From positions 256,001 through 320,000 of the forward strand of contig OZ253470.1 of NCBI GenBank assembly GCA_965261735.1: a stretch of DNA of 64,000 nucleotides. Direction: 5' to 3'. Source of the stretch: Alphaproteobacteria bacterium. GTDB taxonomy: Bacteria > Pseudomonadota > Alphaproteobacteria > SHVV01. The notes under the pieces were generated by a model that worked only from the letters and a program-made list of their open reading frames with translations, ran no database searches and was not told the DNA's origin. Position 1 is the stretch's first letter. Each line of letters opens with the position of its first letter. Positions 49,028 through 57,621 of this stretch are shown here, in pieces. Made by a program: the position numbers and the translations under genes.

Positions 49028-50259
49028 TCGGGCGTCCACCCGACATGGTCGGCGAGTGCGCGCCAGGGATAGCTGTTGGCCGCCGCCGCGCCGTCGAGGG
49101 TCACGATCAGCTCGCCGCGCGACCAGCGCCACGCACCGGCCGTCCCGCGACTGCCGTTGCCGTCTCCCAATACCGCGGTAAGAGTTCCATCCGCCCTGAA
49201 GCGGAACCCGGAATCCTCGCGATCCATGAAGGGCAGCGTGACCGGGCCGCTTAGCGCCGCCAGCCAATCGGTCAGCCGCATCGCGGCGTACCGTTCTCCG
49301 GTGGGCAGCAGCGGCAGCGCGTCGCCGACCCGGAAACGCGGGCGCAACGGCAGTCGCTCGTATTGCAGCGCGATCTCCGTGCCGCCCGCCGCCGGGACGA
49401 GATGGCCGGTATCGGCGATTGCGCCAGTATCGCCGCTGCCGTCGAGTAGCCACAACTCGTCGCGATCCGGACCGAGCACCAGAACATGGCGCGCACCGCC
49501 ATTGTCGACCAGCACCCGGCCGTTGTTATCTTCGAGGAAGCGCTTGAGCGCCGCAGCCGGCAGGGTTGCATGGTCCCCCGACGCCGCGATTCCGGTCGCT
49601 CCCGGTCCGCGCAGCTCGGAGCCCGGAAATCCGCGCACGGGCGCATCCAGGTCCTGTGCCGCCATCTCGTCGAATACCGCCGAGGTCTGCCTCTCGTTGA
49701 TCGGCAGGTCCGCCGGCAACGCCAAGTCCGGGCAGGCGTCCTTCATCGCCCGCGGCCAGCTTTCCTGAACCCAGCCGCGCGAAGCCACTGCCCAGACGCC
49801 GGACGCGGCTCCCAACGCCTCGTTGTGCAGCACGCCGGTGGCGGGATCGTAGAAGATCGGGGTGTGGCCGCGCCGCTGCCCGGGATCCGGCTCCACGCCC
49901 GTCTCGTTGAAATTGTAGAGCGCGCGGAACTCGCGGGACGGCACCACCCGCCAGCGCGCGGTTCCGGGCGCATAGGCGCCGCCGAGTTGGGCGCAGGCGC
50001 GAAGCGTGCCGTCCGGGCCGTGGTAATGCGCCCAGACGGTATTGCGATCACCAGCACGCCGCGAGTTCGGCCGCTCCAGGATCCAGACGCGGCCTTCGAG
50101 CAGGCCGGTGAAGAAGCCGGCGGCGTGGGAGCTGTAATTGGGAGATCCGGGAGCGGCTTGCGCCAAAGCGCCGCTCGTTCCGGGATTGCTTGCCATGAGA
50201 GCGGCCAACGCTATCGATGCAATGGCGAGCGACGGAGTTGGAAGCCGTGTCATCGTCAT
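49024..50259 (-). CDS. Secreted hypothetical protein in the pilus cluster
   Basis: AAGGA RBS, signal peptide, ATGA coupling at both ends. Confidence 0.75.
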   Translation of the reverse strand: MTMTRLPTPSLAIASIALAALMASNPGTSGALAQAAPGSPNYSSHAAGFFTGLLEGRVWILERPNSRRAGDRNTVWAHYHGPDGTLRACAQLGGAYAPGTARWRVVPSREFRALYNFNETGVEPDPGQRRGHTPIFYDPATGVLHNEALGAASGVWAVASRGWVQESWPRAMKDACPDLALPADLPINERQTSAVFDEMAAQDLDAPVRGFPGSELRGPGATGIAASGDHATLPAAALKRFLEDNNGRVLVDNGGARHVLVLGPDRDELWLLDGSGDTGAIADTGHLVPAAGGTEIALQYERLPLRPRFRVGDALPLLPTGERYAAMRLTDWLAALSGPVTLPFMDREDSGFRFRADGTLTAVLGDGNGSRGTAGAWRWSRGELIVTLDGAAAANSYPWRALADHVGWTPE

Positions 50260-51938
50260 GTTCCTTTGGTGGTGTTTGCTCCGGCAACCATGCGGCCGTC
50301 CGGTTCCGTCCAACACGCCGCGAGGCGGCGCACCATGGCGGCATAGATCCCAAACGCCCCGTCTTCGTCGCCCGCGGCGATAGCCGCGATGGCCGCGTCG
50401 ATACGGCCGCCGATCCAGTCCCAGTCCGAATGTCCTTGGGGAATCGCGGCGGCGATGCGGGGCGCGATTTCGTAATATTCGGCGACCAGCGCCCGGCGTT
50501 TGGGCGTTTTCATCATGTAGCCGTCGCGGAAGCGCCGTAGCGCGGTCAGGGTCGGCCCGTCATCCGCTTCGATGCCGCGCCGCTCGACAATCGCCGTGGT
50601 CAGGAAGCAACCGCCTCCACCGCCGCCGCCTCCACCGCCGCCACCGAACCCGCTGGTGTCGAACCCGATACTGCTGTCGACGCTGCAGACGTCCGTGCCG
50701 GCGTCGGGGTCAAGGGACGGGCTGCAGGAATCGCCACCCGGACCGCCCGCACCGCCGAAGCCTCCCGCGTCCGGCTCGCCTCCGCCGACATCACCAACGC
50801 CGCCCCAATCCGGCGGGGTCACGGCCTCACAGCTGTCCGTCTCCAGAATCCAGGGGCCGTAATTGATCTGCACGATCGGCTCCGCGTCCCACGGGAACTG
50901 GGTCGCCCGCCGGGTCGCGGTGCGCCGGTAGTCCTGGCTTCCCGTGTAGCCGGGCGGGCAGCCATCGGTCATCGCTTCGGTTTGCGCGGTCTCCGTCATC
51001 ACCGCCGTGGGCGGCACGGGAACCTTGCCGGTCCAGCAGCTCGTCGAGACGAATTCGGGCGGACCCAACGTCTCGCCCTCCGCCGTCACGCTCTTCAGGC
51101 GGCGCCAGATCTCGCGGCCTTCCATGCGCCGGTTGTGCGGCGGCCCGGCGTCCCAGTGGCAGACCAGCGTGTAGTTCTCCCAGGCCGTGTAATTGGCCCG
51201 GCATTCGTCGATCAGAAGCTGCCAGGGGCCATGGACCGGGTCGCCCACCGGGTTGCCGCGTTCGTCATGGGTTTGAGTGACCTCGCGCACTCTTGTGCGG
51301 CCCTGGCCGTGCTCACCGGCGGCACAATCCTCGATCTGCCGTTCGCGGCTCACACGTTCGTTGGTGTGGGCGTAAGGATCGCGCACGGTGCCGGCGAGCG
51401 CGGTGCGGCCCGAGGGCAGCGGCCCGCCGAAAGCGGTATCGGACAGGCAGGCGGGGAGTGTCACTGAAGGGCGGCCCGCAGCACCCGTGGCCCGGCCTGC
51501 TTCCAGCCAGTGCAGCACCGGCGCCTGGCCATTCGCTCCGCCGCCGGCGTAGGCATGGGGCGCTGCCTGGACCGCGCGGTGATCGCGGCCGACGCCCTTG
51601 AGACGCTCAGGCGCGAGATAGACCAGCAACGTGTCTTCGCAATAACGCGCCCGCACGCCGCGCAACGTCCAATCGGCAAGCCAGCCGCTGCCGGCCGGCG
51701 GAACCGCGCCGCTCCAGCCCGAGACGCCTGCGCCATCCGGATCGGGAGTGCCGGCGGAGCCCGCGAGAATATAGCTCTCCAGGCGGCGCCAGGCCGTGGT
51801 CACCGCGCGCGCATGGGCCAGCGCTTCCTGGCGGTAGACACGTTCGTTCGCGGATTGTTGCGCGACCGCCGGTGCAGCTGTGAGAAGCGCGCACAGGCTG
51901 ACTCCGGCCAGCATGGTTGCTCGGAATGTTCTACTCAT
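50256..51938 (-). CDS. Secreted Cys-repeat protein with poly-Gly linker and CFI-box-CTERM-type domain (putative pilus adhesin)
   Basis: AGGAGG RBS, signal peptide, three Cys-bounded repeats, G12 run, then CFLTTA....D.PTL.ALRRFRD.YM..P....LV.EYY.IAP.IA. Confidence 0.8.
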   Translation of the reverse strand: MSRTFRATMLAGVSLCALLTAAPAVAQQSANERVYRQEALAHARAVTTAWRRLESYILAGSAGTPDPDGAGVSGWSGAVPPAGSGWLADWTLRGVRARYCEDTLLVYLAPERLKGVGRDHRAVQAAPHAYAGGGANGQAPVLHWLEAGRATGAAGRPSVTLPACLSDTAFGGPLPSGRTALAGTVRDPYAHTNERVSRERQIEDCAAGEHGQGRTRVREVTQTHDERGNPVGDPVHGPWQLLIDECRANYTAWENYTLVCHWDAGPPHNRRMEGREIWRRLKSVTAEGETLGPPEFVSTSCWTGKVPVPPTAVMTETAQTEAMTDGCPPGYTGSQDYRRTATRRATQFPWDAEPIVQINYGPWILETDSCEAVTPPDWGGVGDVGGGEPDAGGFGGAGGPGGDSCSPSLDPDAGTDVCSVDSSIGFDTSGFGGGGGGGGGGGGCFLTTAIVERRGIEADDGPTLTALRRFRDGYMMKTPKRRALVAEYYEIAPRIAAAIPQGHSDWDWIGGRIDAAIAAIAAGDEDGAFGIYAAMVRRLAACWTEPDGRMVAGANTTKGT

Positions 51939-53269
51939 GGGGTACCTCCTTGTCCGGAAACCTGTTCGGAATTGCGCTCCGCGCCTGGTGCCGGAACGCC
52001 TGTCAGCTCGCGGAATCCCGCATGCGTCATCGCCTCCGGCGCCACGGGACGGCCATGCAGGCGCCATCCCCCGCCGGCAATGCGGCCCAGCGCTGTGATC
52101 TCGAGTCTTGCGAGGCCGCCGGAAACGCGGAATAGATCGGCGAGGTGTGACAACGGGCCGGAATGGCCGATCCGAACGGTCCAGCCACCTTGTGGGCCGC
52201 GTGCGTAGTCGATCCTCGCCCCACGAAGGCCAAGTTCACGGTCGACAGCACGGCGAAACACAAGAAAGGAAAGTGGCGCGCCGTCAGAGATGCGGAGCAC
52301 GAGGCCCAATGGCAGGACTGCCCAGGCGCGGGCATCGATCACGGACGCGGCGTACCAGCGCGACAGATGTTGCTCGGCGAGTTGCCGGTGCAGAGGCTCG
52401 GCGTGGCCGGGGCCAAGCCGCCAGCGCACCAGCATGACCGCGCGGCCCGCCAGTTCGGGGCGGAGCGCGGCAAGTTCGGGATCGGTGAAGCGTGCGGCGC
52501 AGGTAAGGCTCTCGATCCTCCAGGCCGGCAGCCAGGGCGGATAATCGATCAACGCCCGCCGGCAGGCTTCTATCAGCGCGGCGCTATCGACCGCTACCGC
52601 CAGATCCGGGTCGGTTGGCGGAGCGGCGGCGACCACGGGTTCCGATCCGGCGATCCAGTCCACGAGCGCATCGCGCTGGAGCCAGGCGATCCACACACCA
52701 GCAATGGCGGCTGGCAACAGCAGGACCAGCGCCAGGTGAGCGCGCCCAATTCTCGTAAACGGCGCGCGGCGGAGCACATTCTCCGGCGCGGCGGCGAGCA
52801 GGGAAGCATCGAGTTCCGTGACATCGCGGTCCGCGCCGGCGGCGAGCAGCCCTGGCGTCGCATAGAGATCCCAGCCCAGTGCTCGCGCACGGTTGAAGGC
52901 TTCGACGGCAGCATCCCGAGTGGTAAAGACTTCATCGCCATCGGCGAGGACGGCGCCATCGCGCACCTTGATCAGCGCGTAATGCCCGGTATCGCCGGTA
53001 TCGGTTGAATTTTCCGTGGCCGCATCGCCCGCGACCAGAGCCATCCAGAATTCGCTCTCGATCGAATCGGCCAACGCCGGCGCCAGCGCCGGGAGCCCGT
53101 CGGGGAGATCGCCTTCGGCACCGCCGGCATAGCCGGTCTGACCCACCCGGTGTACGCACCAGGGCCGCGCGAAGCGGCGCGCGGCGCGCGCCGTGGTGGC
53201 CGCACCGGCCCGCTCCAACCAGTAGAGCCCTGCCGCGAAGGGCTGTCCGTAGATGACGAGCCTGCTCAA
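51935..53269 (-). CDS. pilO: Type IVb pilus protein PilO2
   Basis: TTG start overlapping the pilN stop; FAAGLYW, LPALAPALA, YALIKVRDGAVLADGDEVF, central TM, LPAWRIESLTC. Confidence 0.75.
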   Translation of the reverse strand: MSRLVIYGQPFAAGLYWLERAGAATTARAARRFARPWCVHRVGQTGYAGGAEGDLPDGLPALAPALADSIESEFWMALVAGDAATENSTDTGDTGHYALIKVRDGAVLADGDEVFTTRDAAVEAFNRARALGWDLYATPGLLAAGADRDVTELDASLLAAAPENVLRRAPFTRIGRAHLALVLLLPAAIAGVWIAWLQRDALVDWIAGSEPVVAAAPPTDPDLAVAVDSAALIEACRRALIDYPPWLPAWRIESLTCAARFTDPELAALRPELAGRAVMLVRWRLGPGHAEPLHRQLAEQHLSRWYAASVIDARAWAVLPLGLVLRISDGAPLSFLVFRRAVDRELGLRGARIDYARGPQGGWTVRIGHSGPLSHLADLFRVSGGLARLEITALGRIAGGGWRLHGRPVAPEAMTHAGFRELTGVPAPGAERNSEQVSGQGGTP

Positions 53270-54882
53270 AACGCCATCCCCCGGACTTCCGCGATGCCGA
53301 GCGGCGGGCCGATGTCGGCGGTTATTAGAAGCACCTGTTCGATGCGGGCCGTGGACGCCTTGCGCCCGCCGCCGGGCAACGGCAAATCGGCATCGAAGGT
53401 GCCCGAACGCCCGGCGGCAGTACTGCGGTCGGAAAACCCGGTCACCATCAGCGTCTCGCCGCGCCCGATCTTCTGCGTCACCTGAATGGCCCGGCTGGCG
53501 TAGGCCGGGAGCTGGATCGTCTGGCTGTTCGAGGTAAAAGCGGTGAAAGACGGGCGGTCGCGCAGGCTCGCGAACAGCCGCACCAGCACCTCGCCGGGAC
53601 CGGTGATGCGGGGCAGGTAGCTCACCGCGAAGCCCGAGGAGACCGTGCCTGGCACGAGCTCGGTCTGGGCGATGCCATCGCCTGCCGTGGTGCGCAGCTC
53701 GCGCAGATAGGCTTCCTGGAAGAGTTCGAAGAACTGCGCCGGCTTGCCGTTCAGCGATGGGATGTCGGCCGACAGCACCCGCGAGACCGCGCCCGCGCTG
53801 TTCAAGGCCTTCACCGTCGCCGACAGCGTATCGCCGCTCCCGCCGCCGGGGGAGGGCTTGATCAACGCCACCGCGTTTGCGCCCACCGAGACGCGCACCG
53901 CCTCGCCGAGCAGCCGGGCGATGGAGAAGCTCAGGCCGAGATCGTAATCCGCCTCGCGCTCGACGCGCACCGAATAGACATGCACCGACAATGTGACGGG
54001 GCGCAGCACCTCGCGGTTGAGATAGCCGAGGTACGCCCGCGCCCGGGCGATATCGCGGGGCGTGCCGCTCACCGTCACCGAGGCGCTCGATGGCGCCACC
54101 GACAGCCGCGTTCCCGGATCGAGCAGCTCTTTCAACTGGTCCTCGATCTCGGGCCACGGGTCGTAGTCCGTTTCGGTCGAGATCGACTGGCTGGTGAGGT
54201 TGCCGCCGCCGTCTCCGGCTGCGCTGTCCTGGGTCGAGGCCGACACCGTGTAGCGCTGCGTGCCGGCCAGCGCATGAATATGAAAGACCGCGTAACGGCG
54301 GCGCACGATCTCGATCGCTTGCCGGTCCGCATCGTAACGCCACTCGTAACCGTAAGGTTCGGTCCAGGCATCGAGCAGAGCGTCGAGCGGACCGGTCCAG
54401 ATTCCGCCGTCCGGCGACAACCCGTCGCGTCCGGCCGCGCCAAGGAGATGCACGGGCGGTTCGCCGCCCGTCGTCTCATCTGCCCGGCGCGGGGGACCGG
54501 CAAACCGCACCGCGAGGCCGGTCGCCGCCTCGATGCGTGCCATCAGTACCGCCGCAGCGCCGATCCCGGCCAGCGGCAGCGTTACCGCGTCCACGCGGCG
54601 AAAGCGCGCCGGCAGACCGGCGCGAGGATCGGGCTCGATCCGCGTCAATCCGACATAGGGCCGCCGCTCGATCAGGCGCACGCTGGATAGGCGCGGGCCG
54701 GCTTGCGGCGGCCGCAGGGCCGAGACCTGCTGCGCGACATCCCCGGTCTCCATCCTCGCGTGTTCGACCTCGGCCAGGCCGCAGCCCGCAAGCATGGCGA
54801 CCGCGAATGCGAAACAACCGGATCGCGCGAAACGGAAACGCAAACCCGGATGCTGGAAAGTAAACAGGCGTTCACCGGTCAT
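53266..54882 (-). CDS. pilN: Type IVb pilus secretin (PilN-like lipoprotein)
   Basis: Lipobox LAGC; WTGPLDALLD, SVTVSGTP, SLNGKPA, YLREL.TT, LVPGTVSSGF, TIQLP, GETLMVTGF, LITADI. Confidence 0.85.
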   Translation of the reverse strand: MTGERLFTFQHPGLRFRFARSGCFAFAVAMLAGCGLAEVEHARMETGDVAQQVSALRPPQAGPRLSSVRLIERRPYVGLTRIEPDPRAGLPARFRRVDAVTLPLAGIGAAAVLMARIEAATGLAVRFAGPPRRADETTGGEPPVHLLGAAGRDGLSPDGGIWTGPLDALLDAWTEPYGYEWRYDADRQAIEIVRRRYAVFHIHALAGTQRYTVSASTQDSAAGDGGGNLTSQSISTETDYDPWPEIEDQLKELLDPGTRLSVAPSSASVTVSGTPRDIARARAYLGYLNREVLRPVTLSVHVYSVRVEREADYDLGLSFSIARLLGEAVRVSVGANAVALIKPSPGGGSGDTLSATVKALNSAGAVSRVLSADIPSLNGKPAQFFELFQEAYLRELRTTAGDGIAQTELVPGTVSSGFAVSYLPRITGPGEVLVRLFASLRDRPSFTAFTSNSQTIQLPAYASRAIQVTQKIGRGETLMVTGFSDRSTAAGRSGTFDADLPLPGGGRKASTARIEQVLLITADIGPPLGIAEVRGMAF

Positions 54883-54985
54883 ACGCGTGGTGTCCCGTGC
54901 AGGTGGTTCGTGATCGCCGCGTCCGGCGAACCGGTGACCATGGCTTGCCGATGTCTCTTAAGCCGCGGGACGGCGAGGCCGCCCA

Positions 54986-55657
54986 TCACGCCGACTTCCG
55001 GACGGGACTGCCCTCGTCGGAAGTCGAGCTGTACCGGCGTTCCGCCGCCCACGCCTCGACATCGGCGCGGGCGTAGCGCACCCGGTTGCCGAACTTGTGA
55101 AACCTCGGACCCGCGCCGCTGACCCGGTAGCGGTCCAGCGTGCGCGGGCTCAGGCCCAGAAAGGACGCCAGCTCGCGCGTGCCCATGTACTGCCAGGCGT
55201 CGTCGCCCATGTCGTAATCTCCCTTGAAGATGTCTTGCGGGATCTCCTCGTCCCCGGACGCCATGGCCCGGATCGCCCGGACTTCCTCCGCGCTCGCGGC
55301 GCGCTCCATCGAGGCGCGCGCCTTGTCCACGGTGGCGAGCCGGGGCGATCCGCCCCGGCGCAGCCAGCTCACGAAGGACGGATTGCCGCTCGCTGCCCGG
55401 CCAAGTTCCGAGGACTTGGCCCCGGTGACCGCCAGGAACGCGTCGACCTCGCGCCGGAAGCCGAGCCCGATGGGTTCGAGTCCCATGAAGGCCAGTAGCC
55501 GGTCGGCGGTATCCAGGCGCGGCGAGCGGCCGCGGCCGAAGTCGGTGACGAAGGACGGATCGCCCAGCGCCGCCTCTCCGAACCGGGTGCGGCTCATGCC
55601 GCGCTTTTGGATGAAGGCCTCGATGGCCAGCCGCAGCGATGTTTGGAAACCTGTCAT
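54986..55657 (-). CDS. Regulator with two tandem Cro-like HTH domains plus an excisionase-type (HTH_17/AlpA) domain
   Basis: Two copies of EAF....G.S...G.AA.G.PSFV....RG.SPRL.T.D, then YMGTRELASFLGLSPRTLDRYRVSGAGPRFHKFGNRVRYARADVEAW. Confidence 0.82.
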   Translation of the reverse strand: MTGFQTSLRLAIEAFIQKRGMSRTRFGEAALGDPSFVTDFGRGRSPRLDTADRLLAFMGLEPIGLGFRREVDAFLAVTGAKSSELGRAASGNPSFVSWLRRGGSPRLATVDKARASMERAASAEEVRAIRAMASGDEEIPQDIFKGDYDMGDDAWQYMGTRELASFLGLSPRTLDRYRVSGAGPRFHKFGNRVRYARADVEAWAAERRYSSTSDEGSPVRKSA

Positions 55658-55748
55658 GACCGAGAACGTATGGGGAACATACGGCCTTGACAATATATTT
55701 TGATATTGAATACACTATGTATCAACGTCAAACACGCGAAGGGCTACG
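55658..55748. promoter_or_regulatory. Divergent promoter/operator region
   Basis: AT-rich gap; TTGACA(55687)-N18-TACACT rightward; TTGACG(55731)-N17-CAATAT leftward; palindrome CAATAT-N6-ATATTG at 55691-55708. Confidence 0.6.
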
Positions 55749-56441
55749 ATGGAACGCGACCCGCTACGACAAAAAATCAAGGACCTGCTCTGGAAGCGCG
55801 GCCTCACCATGAAGGAGGCCTCCGCTGCCATCGGCCGCAGTCCGAGCTACATGCACCAGTTCCTGGAGCGCGGCACCCCGGCAACGCTCAACTACGGCGA
55901 CAGCGAAAAGCTTGCCGGGCTGCTAGGCTGCGGTGCGGGCGAGCTGCGCCCTGCCGAGGCGCCGAGGCGAAAGCCGCAGAAGCGCAGGCGGCGCACCCCG
56001 CCGGCCGCTCTTCCCGGCGCGCCGCTTGCCGCCATCCCCGAGATGGCGGTCGAGGCCGCCGCCGGAGCGGGGGCGGCAGGCGAGGAATTCGCCACCGAGA
56101 AAGCGCGTTGGTACCTGCCCGAGAGCATGATCCGTCACGAGGGCGATGCCGAACCCGGCAATCTCCGTGTCCTGCGCGCGCGCGGCGACTCCATGGAGCC
56201 CCTCGTCTCCGACGGCGACCGGCTGCTGGTCGACGTTACCCGCCGCGCGCCCGGCACCGGCGAGACGGCGGTGCTGTGGGACGGCACCGGCCTCGTGGTC
56301 AAGCGGGTCGAGGTCCTGCCCAACGCCGAGCCGCCCCGGCTCAGGCTGATCTCCGCCAATCCCGCGTACGAACCCTACACATGCCTGGCCCAGGACGCGC
56401 ACATCGTCGGCAAGGTCCTCTGGACCTTGAGGCGCATGTGA
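55749..56441 (+). CDS. CI/LexA-like repressor (HTH + S24 autopeptidase)
   Basis: LTMKEASAAIGRSPSYMHQFLERG HTH; catalytic ARGDSMEP and VVKRV; LISANPAY, IVGKV. Confidence 0.92.
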   Translation: MERDPLRQKIKDLLWKRGLTMKEASAAIGRSPSYMHQFLERGTPATLNYGDSEKLAGLLGCGAGELRPAEAPRRKPQKRRRRTPPAALPGAPLAAIPEMAVEAAAGAGAAGEEFATEKARWYLPESMIRHEGDAEPGNLRVLRARGDSMEPLVSDGDRLLVDVTRRAPGTGETAVLWDGTGLVVKRVEVLPNAEPPRLRLISANPAYEPYTCLAQDAHIVGKVLWTLRRM

Positions 56442-56566
56442 AGGCGGCGGGCCGGGCAATTTACACGCAAACACAAAGCCGATGATCGCATCCGCCCGAT
56501 AGCGGAGATACGACTGCAAACCACCGCGGAGCCCCACGAGACCAGACAGGCGCCGTAGAGGTCGAT

Positions 56567-56594
56567 GGCGATGAGGCGATGAGGCGATGAGGCG
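56567..56594 (+). repeat. Tandem repeat (GGCGATGA) x3.5
   Basis: GGCGATGA GGCGATGA GGCGATGA GGCG read directly. Confidence 0.85.
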
Positions 56595-56610
56595 TGGTGC
56601 GTCTTGCCGG

Positions 56611-56970
56611 CTAACTTGCCGTCGAAGGCGAGAAGGAGATCGCCCTCTCTGACCCGGGAGACGCGCCGCCGCCCTTCCTCCTACCCCTGTCCACGATCGC
56701 CCACAGATCGCGCACGCGGGCCACCGCTAATGGCAGTTCGAGGCCGAACGCCAGCCACAGAACCAGACCGCTGTCCGGATTGAAGGGCCCGGCGTGTGCG
56801 ATCCGCACCTGCGCCGCGGCGCTGACCCGTTCGATCTTCAGGACCAGGGCGCCGTCCGCCCGCCTCGCCGAACACCTTCGCCAGCGACGGCGCGCCACGC
56901 CTCTACATATTCGGGGTAGCGTCTCAAGAACCGCCAGGCGCTGGCCGCGCCCGCGGTCGTCCTCTCACGG
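56611..56970 (-). pseudogene. Degenerate DUF6499-type transcriptional activator
   Basis: AWRFLRRYPEYVEAW matches the 'AWEFLRRNPxY..W' motif; a second frame continues ADGALVLKIER..AQVRI. Confidence 0.55.
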
Positions 56971-57621
56971 CTGATCGCCGGCTCCCTTCCCCGACGGTCA
57001 ACGCGGCGGCTGTGATCGTCTCCCATGCCCAAAGGCATGGCGTTGCCCGCCCCAATGCCGGATCGATTGGATTGAAGTTCCAGTCTCGACCCGCGCGTGC
57101 CGACGCGGACACGGCGGCATCCCTCCCGGATCCGTCCGTCATGCCGACGCTGCCATACGCGCCGGCGCCCCGCTACCGAGCGCCTACCACCGCGCCTCCA
57201 GCCTGAATGATCAAGTATGGGGGGCCAACTGCCCAGGTTGCCGGCCTTTAGAAAGGACATTGCGGCCGAGCGAAGCGAGTGTCGCGGTCCTGTTGGCGGC
57301 GAGGGAACCGCATTGCCTCACCAAAATGTTCCCGTCGACAGACTTGTTGCCTCTTCAGAAATGCTCTCGAATCCGAGGGGTTTTGGGACAAGGAAATGAG
57401 GAAGGTGTGCATGTCGACACGCAACGAGCCAATTAAGGCCTTGCGTCCGACATCAGGGCTGGGAGGTGTCCATTCCATTTCACCTGTGTCGTGGCTTCAG
57501 CCGGCCTGAAATACTTGCGCAAGCACGGGTTGAGAGACCCGGCAGCTCGTTGACCAGCCACCCGACGATCAGCTCGAGTAATTTCTTGCTCAGAGCCCGA
57601 TGGTTGCCGCACGTCGCGTTA

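Larger units (their letters stand above)
558..56970. mobile_element. Conjugative element (plasmid or ICE): leading region + oriT/MOBF + T4CP + type IVB T4SS + type IVb pilus + CI/Cro switch
   Basis: Gene content and organisation. Boundaries are not visible: no intact integrase, att site or replicon was seen. Confidence 0.8.

Noticed and set aside
50256-51938. Shufflon or diversity-generating retroelement at the adhesin
   Set aside because: No sfx-like repeats, alternative C-termini, Rci recombinase, reverse transcriptase or TR/VR pair seen.
51935-54343. 802-aa ORF as called
   Set aside because: The 5' 358 codons overlap pilN in another frame; PilO homology begins at ~53269.
54986-56441. Prophage immunity region
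   Set aside because: No phage structural or replication genes; the switch abuts pil/dot genes.
57200-57620. Short ORFs downstream of res
   Set aside because: No motifs or convincing starts; possibly debris.
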